DNA of 32,000 nucleotides from Promethearchaeota archaeon. GTDB lineage: Archaea; Asgardarchaeota; Lokiarchaeia; Sigyniarchaeales; SOKP01. Under the pieces are notes generated by a model, which was not told the DNA's origin, did no database searches, and saw only the letters and a program-made list of their open reading frames with translations. Location: NCBI GenBank assembly GCA_030606485.1, contig JAUWGH010000001.1, positions 810,001-842,000 on the forward strand. The letters are read 5' to 3'. The position numbers and the translations under genes were made by a program. Below are positions 8,706 through 16,262 of the stretch, piece after piece (the stretch's first letter is position 1; every line of letters starts with the position of its first letter).

Positions 8706-9125
8706 TTGATAGATAAATTAAATTTTGAAGAAATTTCGGAAGGTTTAGAACTTCCAGAAGTTAAGAAAGGTCCAATTAATCGGCAACAACTGGTAGATTA
8801 TGCATCAGCATCAGGAGATTACAATAAACTACACTATGATGAAGGTTTCGCAAAACAGACGGGAATCTCTGGGTGTATTGCGCACGGAATGCTTGTAATG
8901 TCAATGGTTGGAAGTTATATATCTGACTGGGCAAAGGAAGGTATTTTTAAAAATTTCAAAATTCGTTTCGTTGGTATGACAAATGAAAATGATACTTTAT
9001 CAATCACAGGAGAAGTTATAAAAAAATATAAAGAAAATGGTGAAAATCTCGTTCAAATTGAAGTCATTAGTAAAACTCAAGATGATAGAATCACCACTAC
9101 GGGCTCTGCAATAATTGCAATATAA
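8706..9125 (+). CDS. MaoC-family (R)-specific enoyl dehydratase (HadB-like)
   Basis: Hydratase-2 motif YASASGDYNKLHYDEGFAK...IAHGM. TTG start preceded by SD-like GAGGT at 8693-8697. Confidence 0.9.
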   Translation: MIDKLNFEEISEGLELPEVKKGPINRQQLVDYASASGDYNKLHYDEGFAKQTGISGCIAHGMLVMSMVGSYISDWAKEGIFKNFKIRFVGMTNENDTLSITGEVIKKYKENGENLVQIEVISKTQDDRITTTGSAIIAI

Positions 9126-9210
9126 GGATAATAAAGAAAAATAGAGATTGGATATAAAATTCAGTGAATTAAAGTCTGAATAGATTCTAAGAAGTATTTT
9201 AACATAGTAT

Positions 9211-9780
9211 TTATGAATGAATCTGTTTTGCTACTTTTAGAATGTTAAGTCCAAGGATTTCTGCTTGCTTAAGACGGTTTTCTTGGTTTAAGATATCACT
9301 CGGCTTGTCAGCTACAGCTGTTACCCCATTTAATTCACCAGGAACGCATATAATTCCACACGAGAGCATCCATGTATAAATGGCATTAATTGTTATTGAT
9401 TGACCTCCACATGTTCCACGACCTACTGCAATGGCTCCACCTACTTTCCCTTCTAAAGGTCTTTCAATATTTACCGCATAGTGTCTATCAAGTATGGAGA
9501 GTAATTGGGAACTAACATTTCGAGAATAAACAGGGCTTGAGATTATAATAGCATTACACCAACGAAATGCATCATAAATGCCTTGCATATCATCATTAAT
9601 AATGCAAATGCCATTTTCCCTACATGAATCACATGCTTTACAAGGGTTTATAGTTAATTTACTTAAAAGAAAAATTTTAACATTCCATCCATTATTTTCA
9701 AAAGGTTTTAGAGCATATCTTAAGAGAATTTCACTATTCCCATCCTTCCTCGGAGTCCCTGATATACCAATAACATTCAT
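9211..9780 (-). CDS. Iron-sulfur flavoprotein (Isf)/flavodoxin-family FMN reductase
   Basis: GISGTPRKDGNS, CKACDSCRENGIC (Cx2Cx2Cx5C), ISSPVY. Confidence 0.9.
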   Translation of the reverse strand: MNVIGISGTPRKDGNSEILLRYALKPFENNGWNVKIFLLSKLTINPCKACDSCRENGICIINDDMQGIYDAFRWCNAIIISSPVYSRNVSSQLLSILDRHYAVNIERPLEGKVGGAIAVGRGTCGGQSITINAIYTWMLSCGIICVPGELNGVTAVADKPSDILNQENRLKQAEILGLNILKVAKQIHS

Positions 9781-9903
9781 TCTTTTTCAAATCAAATGAT
9801 GACTTTATTAATAAATTAATTTATAAATATATATAAAATTTTTAAAAAAATAACTATTTCTTGCAAATTCTTATCACTGAATATTGGATTCACTCAAAAA
9901 AGA

Positions 9904-10746
9904 TTAGCTCAATTCGATTGAAACTTCCTTATCAAATTCTAACATAATTATTTTTATTTCTGGATGATTTTCTTCCATATATTTAAAGAATGGTTTTAAG
10001 TTTACAGTCCAACTAATTGGAGGGTAAAAATCGTCCCAATGTATTGGAATCACAATCTTTGGCTTTAATATATCTATAATAATTCCAGCTTTTTTTGCAA
10101 TGTGTTTCTTACTATTTCCAGCTAAAGGAGCAAGAAAAATATCACAATTTTCATATTTTTCTAATATTTCCGGAAATTTATGCCAAAGGCTACCAAATGA
10201 CACTATTTTTTTATTATTGAAATAAGTACAAAATCCAAAAACCTTTCCTTTTGGAAAACCTTTCCCGTAGGGTAATAAACTTTTTATTTGTTTCAGTACC
10301 TTCCATGAGAATAATTTTGATAATAATGTTCTAGCATCAAACACAATGTGTTCTGATTTTATACTTTCTACAGTAACTTTTTCAGTAATTTTAATTCTTT
10401 CAAAATAATCAATAGGTTTTATATTATTCTTTCCTCTATCGGAAAGAGGGAAAGTATGTTCCTCAATAACCAATCCTCCCGCCCAATTTATCATACTCTT
10501 CTTAGCTGTTTCTGAACAATAAACGGGGATATCTAATGTTTCGGCAAAAAAAGCAGCATCGATAGCATGATCAAAATGTCCATGTGTAATAAAAATCGCG
10601 CTAATATCCTTTATGTCTTCTCTTTTAGTTCTTAATATGGGGGTTGATTGTTCATTTCGATAAAAAAATGGGTCGAAAAGTATATTCGTACCCTCAATAT
10701 CTAAAATAAAACCGGCAGTTCCCAACCAAGTAATTTTTACTATCAT
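9904..10746 (-). CDS. Metallo-beta-lactamase-fold hydrolase (UlaG-like)
   Basis: ITWLGTAGF, LFDPF, THGHFDH, IPIHWDDF. Confidence 0.9.
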   Translation of the reverse strand: MIVKITWLGTAGFILDIEGTNILFDPFFYRNEQSTPILRTKREDIKDISAIFITHGHFDHAIDAAFFAETLDIPVYCSETAKKSMINWAGGLVIEEHTFPLSDRGKNNIKPIDYFERIKITEKVTVESIKSEHIVFDARTLLSKLFSWKVLKQIKSLLPYGKGFPKGKVFGFCTYFNNKKIVSFGSLWHKFPEILEKYENCDIFLAPLAGNSKKHIAKKAGIIIDILKPKIVIPIHWDDFYPPISWTVNLKPFFKYMEENHPEIKIIMLEFDKEVSIELS

Positions 10747-10830
10747 ATACTTTTATTTATTAATTGAAATTTTATTTAATAATAATTTTTTATTTGTTGG
10801 TCCTATAAAGTTTTTATGCAAATATTAAAG

Positions 10831-10860
10831 GAAATTATTTATAACGCATTAAATAATTTC
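10831..10860. repeat. Local hairpin GAAATTATTTA-taacgcat-TAAATAATTTC, containing the left copy (10836-10859) of a long-range inverted repeat
   Basis: 11-bp arms with an 8-nt loop. 10836-10859 matches the reverse complement of 13496-13519 at 23/24 positions (18 bp perfect, 10842-10859 vs 13496-13513). Confidence 0.65.
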
Positions 10861-11422
10861 GCAAAACAGCATAAGGTTTTAATCTCTTGTGATGGTAATT
10901 TAAATTTCCTAATAAATTTTATTAACGCACGCTGAAATTTCTTAAAAGAGCTAAAAAAAGTGTTATGCGACACTTGCTCCCGAACCTTTTAAAAGATAAT
11001 GCTTCAATCCCTAATTTGACACGAGATAAGTTCCTTTGAATTTAACTCAAACCCTCAGCCCTTATTTATATTTCTGAGAAAAATATATCATAATCATTTA
11101 TACTTTGATAATCGTCTAAACTTAGTGATATCCACGACTATTCCATAAATTTCTAGATAAATTAAATTTTATCTTTGGATAATATGAAACTTGAATTGAT
11201 CTGTATTTTATTAATAATTTCATAATCAGATAATATAATTTGAGAAATTGATCAAATTAGAGGTAAAAAACATCTCATTTTTATCAAATAAATACAAAAT
11301 TCGGTGGATAATAGAGAAGAAAATTAAAAATAAACACAATGTTAATTTGACAAAAATATATAAATGAAAAAAAAGGATATATTTAAAGACCTAATGAAAA
11401 TTTTTTATGGGAGTAATAATCC

Positions 11423-13156
11423 ATGAAACGAAGTAAATTTAAATTAGCTTTATTGATCTCTTTGTCCATCTTTTTTGGTGGCTTCACAGCTATTTATCTC
11501 TATAATAACATCAATTTGTTAAAGGATCATGTTGTCGAAGATTTAGAGAGCTTTTCAGAAGAATTAAAAATTTCTGCTTGGAATTGGACCACGACCGAGG
11601 TGGTCTCCACGGAAAGTACTGATTATTCCCAGGGTCCAACAATAGCAGTGGACGGTTCCAGAAACGTGCACATTGCATGGACTGAAGGGACGAAAAATGG
11701 CGGTTCGGGAACGGATGTAGATATATTTTATAAGCGCTGGAACCCAACCACGGCGACCTGGACCACGACCGAAGTGGTCTCCACGGAAGGTACTGGTGAT
11801 TCTTGGTATCCAACAATAGCAGTGGACGGTTCCGGTAACGTGCACATTGCGTGGTTTGGTGATGCGAATTATGGCGGTTCGGGAAGTGATAATGACATAT
11901 TTTATAAGCGCTGGAACGTGGCCACGGCGACTTGGACCACGATCGAGGTGATCTCCACGGAAAGCACTGATTATTCTCGGGATCCAACAATAGCAGTGGA
12001 CGGTTCCGGAAACGTGCACATTGCGTGGAAAGATTGGACGAATTATAACGGTTCGGGAACGGATGGGGATATATTTTATAAGCGCTGGAATGCGACCACG
12101 GCAGCCTGGACCACGATCGAGGTGGTCTCCACGGAAAGCACCGTTAATTCTTGGTGTCCAACAATAGCAGCGGACGGTTCCAGAAACGTGCATATTGCAT
12201 GGACTGAAGGGACGAAAAATGGCGGTTCGGGAACGGATCAAGGTATATTTTATAAGCGCTGGAACGCAACCACGGCGACCTGGACCACAAGCGAGGAGGT
12301 CTCCACAGAAAGCACTAATTATTCTTGTGTTCAAACATTAGCAACGGATGGTTCCGGAAACGTGCACATTGCGTGGAATGATGTTCCTACGGGTCATGGC
12401 GGTTCGGAATTGGCTTGGGATATATTTTATAAGCGTTGGAACGCAACCACGGCGACCTGGACCACAAGCGAGGAGGTCTCCACTGGTCGTTCTTTTTATC
12501 CAACAATAGCAGTGGACGGTTCCGGAAACCTGCACATTGCGTGGTATGATCAGACGAATTATGGCGGTTCGGGAACTGATCTTGATATATTTTATAAGCG
12601 CTGGAATGCGACCACGGCGACCTGGACCACAAGCGAGGAGGTCTCCACGGAAAGCACTGATAATTCTTATGATCCAACAATAGCAGCGGACGGTTCCGGA
12701 AACGTGCACATTGCGTGGTATGATTATACGAATTATAGCGGTTCGGGAGGGGATTGGGATATATTTTATAAAAAAAATCCATTTATGATTATAAATAATG
12801 GAGATGCGAGTACTAATTCTGCCTTAGTGACTCTCACGCTCTCGGCTGATGGAGCAGAAGAAATGTGCTTTAAAAATGGAACTACTGATGCTTGGACTGA
12901 TTGGGAACCTTATACTACAGCAAAACAGTTATATCTAGAAGGCTCCATAAATAATACGGAATATTCAATCTGTGTTAAGTTTCAAAATGCAGCAGGAGAA
13001 ACTTCGCCAGTTTGTGATAGCATTCTGTATTTAGCTGAAGAAGGACCTCCCTTTGCAAATATCATTGCTATTATCGCAGCAATTGCAGGTGGAGGATTAG
13101 CTGTTTCTATAACAACAATATTATTAATTCGAAAACGTCGGAGAAAAGTACAATAA
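11423..13156 (+). CDS. Membrane-anchored surface protein: N-terminal signal/TM, seven ~58-aa repeats (predicted 7-blade beta-propeller, BNR/sialidase-like), Ig-like domain, C-terminal TM
   Basis: Repeats WTTxExVSTE...PTIAxDGSxNVHIAW...GSGxDxDIFYKRW; then IINNGDASTNSALVTLTLSA...WTDWEPY (Ig-like); hydrophobic IIAIIAAIAGGGLAVSITTILLI followed by RKRRRK. Confidence 0.9.
   Translation: MKRSKFKLALLISLSIFFGGFTAIYLYNNINLLKDHVVEDLESFSEELKISAWNWTTTEVVSTESTDYSQGPTIAVDGSRNVHIAWTEGTKNGGSGTDVDIFYKRWNPTTATWTTTEVVSTEGTGDSWYPTIAVDGSGNVHIAWFGDANYGGSGSDNDIFYKRWNVATATWTTIEVISTESTDYSRDPTIAVDGSGNVHIAWKDWTNYNGSGTDGDIFYKRWNATTAAWTTIEVVSTESTVNSWCPTIAADGSRNVHIAWTEGTKNGGSGTDQGIFYKRWNATTATWTTSEEVSTESTNYSCVQTLATDGSGNVHIAWNDVPTGHGGSELAWDIFYKRWNATTATWTTSEEVSTGRSFYPTIAVDGSGNLHIAWYDQTNYGGSGTDLDIFYKRWNATTATWTTSEEVSTESTDNSYDPTIAADGSGNVHIAWYDYTNYSGSGGDWDIFYKKNPFMIINNGDASTNSALVTLTLSADGAEEMCFKNGTTDAWTDWEPYTTAKQLYLEGSINNTEYSICVKFQNAAGETSPVCDSILYLAEEGPPFANIIAIIAAIAGGGLAVSITTILLIRKRRRKVQ
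11585..12775 (+). repeat. Seven intragenic tandem repeats of ~174 bp
   Basis: Units start at 11585, 11759, 11933, 12107, 12281, 12458 and 12623 (lengths 174, 174, 174, 174, 177, 165, then a 153-bp partial). Unit 1 has 90/174 G+C by my count. Confidence 0.95.
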
Positions 13157-13160
13157 TTAA

Positions 13161-13182
13161 ATTTTTCTCTTTTTTTTCTTTT
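13161..13182 (+). terminator. Oligo-T tract, probable archaeal-type terminator
   Basis: ATTTTTCTCTTTTTTTTCTTTT immediately after the stop of 11423..13156. Confidence 0.5.
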
Positions 13183-13495
13183 AAATGATTCTATTCCTAA
13201 TTCACAATAAAAATGGGGTAGATAAGAAGAATTCAAAAAAATTCTACCTCTTTTTTGAAGCCATCTAGTTTTTGTTATTTCATTATGTAAATTAACTCCA
13301 AAAATGTTTAATTTTGAATATAATCGATTTGTGGTCATATATATCTTCATTGTTTGAGAACCGATCGTTTTTCTTTTTAATATACTGAAATGAAAATTGA
13401 ATTGAAAGTAAAATTCATTTTTTAATTTTACAATGTACCTATCATAAATTATACCTCATATGAGAGGAAATCTATGGTTAAAACTAAATATATTA

Positions 13496-13519
13496 AAATT
13501 ATTTAATGCGTTAAAAATA
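13496..13519. repeat. Right copy of the long-range inverted repeat (AAATTATTTAATGCGTTAAAAATA)
   Basis: Reverse complement matches 10836-10859 at 23/24 positions. Confidence 0.65.
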
Positions 13520-13552
13520 TAATAAAATGAATTTTTTAAACAAGGTAATTTT

Positions 13553-15043
13553 ATGAAAAAAGATGTTATTATTGTTGGAGCGGGAATCGGTGGATTGAGT
13601 TGTGCTGCTTTACTAGCCCATGGAGGGCATAAAGTCGTCGTCTTAGAAAAAAATTCTTACATTGGCGGTGCTTGTAGTTCTTATAAAAAACAAGGATATA
13701 GTTTTGACCGAGCTGTTCATTTATTTACTGCAGGATTAAACGGCCCATACGGCGTAATTTTGAAAAGATTGGGGATAGATAATTTAAAGTTTATAAAAGA
13801 AATCAATACCAGAACAGCAATGAAAATATATAAGAGAGAAGGCTATTTTCCATTCGATTTGAATATTAATCAAATATTCAAATTAATAAAACCACAAGGT
13901 GTTAAAAAGAAAGGTAGCGCTGCTACGAAAGGAACTGGAGCTAAATTAGTAATGGGGGGGTTAAAAGGAATGGGATTTTCTTCTCAGACATTTAAAGGTT
14001 TGACGAGCGTGATGACAAATATCCTAACTATGAGTAAAAAAAGATTAAACAAATTATATGACGAGCAATTAACAGTTACGCAGTACCTAAATCAATTCAC
14101 CGAAGATACTTTCATTCACGGTATTTTTGCCTTCCTCTTAGCAGGGATGTTTTCAATCTCGCCAAGAAAAGCAAGTGCTGCAGAATTTATCCATTGCTTC
14201 AAAGCAGAAATGACTTCAAAAGAAGGTTATCAGTATCCAATTACTGGAGGTGCTCAAGCCATCCCGAACGCAATTGCGGAAGGGATCATAAAATATGGCG
14301 GAGAAATTCGCACGAACTCCCCCGTTGATAAAATTGTAATTAAGAACGACAAGGTTCAAGGTGTTATGGTAGGTGATGATTTAATTAAAGCACCAATAGT
14401 CGTAAGTAATCTGACCCTTAAAATATCGGTTCTCAATTTAATTGGACGAGATTATTTCGATAAAAAGTATTTAGAAAAAATAGAGAGCCTAAGACCGTCT
14501 TTATCTTCGATGACGTTTAAACTTGCATTAAAAGAACCTCTAATTAAGGATTGGGGTTTCATAAACTTATATCACCCTACGTTAAACGATTGGAAAGGAA
14601 AATATGGCCCTGGTGCCCCAAAATCGAACGGATTTTTTGGACCCGTCCTTTCTAATATAGACTCGAGCTTAGCTCCTCCTGGCTGTCAAACCGTAATCTT
14701 TGGAACCGTTGTTCCATCAAAAGTTGCTAATTGGAATAAATGGCAAGAGGTCTACTACGCCGATCTATTAGAATTCTACCCAGACTTAGAAAAAAAACTC
14801 AATTTCATGGATGTGTCGTTCCCAAAAGATATCGCGGAAGCTACTGGAAAGCCAGCAGGGCCAGTAGAAGGCTTAGCACTCACACCTGCTCAAACTGGTA
14901 AAAATAAACCATCTTCTGTACTACCTATCGAGGGGTTATATGTAGTTGGAGACACTGCAGGAACGGACGCTCACGGAATTGGGACGCAGTTAGCGGCTGA
15001 TTCGGGTATAAAATGCGCTGATTTAATTCTACATCGTTCTTAA
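13553..15043 (+). CDS. FAD-dependent oxidoreductase, phytoene dehydrogenase (CrtI/COG1233)-like
   Basis: IIVGAGIGGL, LEKNSYIGG, YPITGGAQAI, C-terminal GLYVVGD. Has a Gly/Lys-rich insert near aa 115-140. Confidence 0.85.
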   Translation: MKKDVIIVGAGIGGLSCAALLAHGGHKVVVLEKNSYIGGACSSYKKQGYSFDRAVHLFTAGLNGPYGVILKRLGIDNLKFIKEINTRTAMKIYKREGYFPFDLNINQIFKLIKPQGVKKKGSAATKGTGAKLVMGGLKGMGFSSQTFKGLTSVMTNILTMSKKRLNKLYDEQLTVTQYLNQFTEDTFIHGIFAFLLAGMFSISPRKASAAEFIHCFKAEMTSKEGYQYPITGGAQAIPNAIAEGIIKYGGEIRTNSPVDKIVIKNDKVQGVMVGDDLIKAPIVVSNLTLKISVLNLIGRDYFDKKYLEKIESLRPSLSSMTFKLALKEPLIKDWGFINLYHPTLNDWKGKYGPGAPKSNGFFGPVLSNIDSSLAPPGCQTVIFGTVVPSKVANWNKWQEVYYADLLEFYPDLEKKLNFMDVSFPKDIAEATGKPAGPVEGLALTPAQTGKNKPSSVLPIEGLYVVGDTAGTDAHGIGTQLAADSGIKCADLILHRS

Positions 15044-15061
15044 TGTTTTTCCGATTTTATT

Positions 15062-15904
15062 TTAAAAATCAATATATTCTTTTTTTCTTTTTGTGAATCG
15101 AACCAGTTGATTAAGACCAATTTTCTTTAATTCTGATAAAACCTCTTTAAACATATACCCTACTTCAGTTAAAAGATGTGCATCCGAACCTAATAAAATT
15201 GGGATATCTAAATTATACATTTCTCTAATTATATCCCAACTAGGATATTGTTCTTTTACATCCTTTCGAAATCCACTTGTATTTATCTCAATAACCATTT
15301 CATTTCTCTTTATGGATTTTAAGACTTTAATTACTTTCTCAAAAATTCGATCATGATTTTTTGGGAATTTATTAAATTTTTTAGGTAAGTCAAAATGCGC
15401 TACTACATCGAATAAATCTGACTCCACTAAATGAAGTAATTTATCATAATACAGTTCGTAAATAGAATCAATTCCATAAATATTATAGTTTGCGATAAAA
15501 TAGGGATCATCAAAGCACCAAGCACCTAATCTACCTATTAAAACATGACATGCCCCAAAAACAAAATCTAATTTATCCGAAAATTTTTTTAGTGCATTTG
15601 AAATTTCTACTTCTTGTCCTTTCATATAATCAACTTCAATTCCAAGTTTCACAGAAATTTGTTCATTATATTTATCTTTTAATCTCTCTGCTTCATTGAT
15701 ATATTCTGGAAATTCATCCATTGTCATAGCATATTTTTCAATTGGGATGTTTTCAGGTAAGTAATACATTGGAAAATGATCACAAAAACCAATTTCACCC
15801 AATCCAATTTTAATTGCTGCTTTAACGTAATCTTCTAAATTTCCTGCTGCATGTCTACACAGTTGATTGTGAGTGTGATAATCAGAAATATTCCTTAAAT
15901 CCAT
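15062..15904 (-). CDS. hisK: PHP-domain histidinol-phosphatase (HisJ/HisK family)
   Basis: DYHTHNQLCRHA, GFCDHFP, AHFDLPKKF, EINTSG, GSDAH. Confidence 0.85.
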   Translation of the reverse strand: MDLRNISDYHTHNQLCRHAAGNLEDYVKAAIKIGLGEIGFCDHFPMYYLPENIPIEKYAMTMDEFPEYINEAERLKDKYNEQISVKLGIEVDYMKGQEVEISNALKKFSDKLDFVFGACHVLIGRLGAWCFDDPYFIANYNIYGIDSIYELYYDKLLHLVESDLFDVVAHFDLPKKFNKFPKNHDRIFEKVIKVLKSIKRNEMVIEINTSGFRKDVKEQYPSWDIIREMYNLDIPILLGSDAHLLTEVGYMFKEVLSELKKIGLNQLVRFTKRKKEYIDF

Positions 15905-16262
15905 TTTATGATGCCTAAATGATGATTCATAAAAACTCCAAAATTTATTATTTATTTTATAAATTTAAGAAATTAGTTAAATGTTTCAAAAACCTTCAAA
16001 ATAAAAATTAAAAGAACTGAGAACTATTTAAAATATTTTATTATTAATATACATAATGAGTTCTTTTAAGGAAAAAATATTTGATGGCTCATATGAAGTT
16101 GTGGAAATTCAAATAACGAATGAAGGAAAAAAATTTAATTGTACAAAAATTCTCAAGATTTTTTAGAGAATTAATTTAAATAAAAACGATTTTATTTCAA
16201 TACAAATGAATTTAATTATATTTTTCATTTTATTATTTCACTTAAAAAAGTAATTATTCAAA

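Noticed and set aside
11585-12775. CRISPR array
   Set aside because: The units are ~174-bp in-frame coding repeats without unique spacers, and no cas genes are present.
11511-12782. Four long antisense ORFs (11511-11990, 11564-12334, 12338-12709, 12387-12782)
   Set aside because: Shadows of the GC-rich repeat gene; the repeated stop-poor unit keeps the opposite frames open.
12982-13480. ORF 12982-13350 and a possible IS1 transposase relic (minus strand ...HFSILKRKTIG/FSNNED..., needing a frameshift)
   Set aside because: The resemblance to the IS1 L.RKT..FS motif rests on about six residues in very AT-rich DNA. There is no catalytic IER motif and no IS1-like GGT terminal repeats, and the ORF's 3' half is antisense to the propeller gene.
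10836-13519. Integron attC cassette (TAAC...GTTA cores)
   Set aside because: Flanks do not fit RYYYAAC/GTTRRRY, the two cores are 2.7 kb apart instead of forming one attC hairpin, and there is no integrase.
16056-16166. 36-aa ORF MSSFKEKIFDGSYEVVEIQITNEGKKFNCTKILKIF, faintly like a winged-helix C-terminus
   Set aside because: Too short, no clear RBS, and only a weak motif (ITxEGK).
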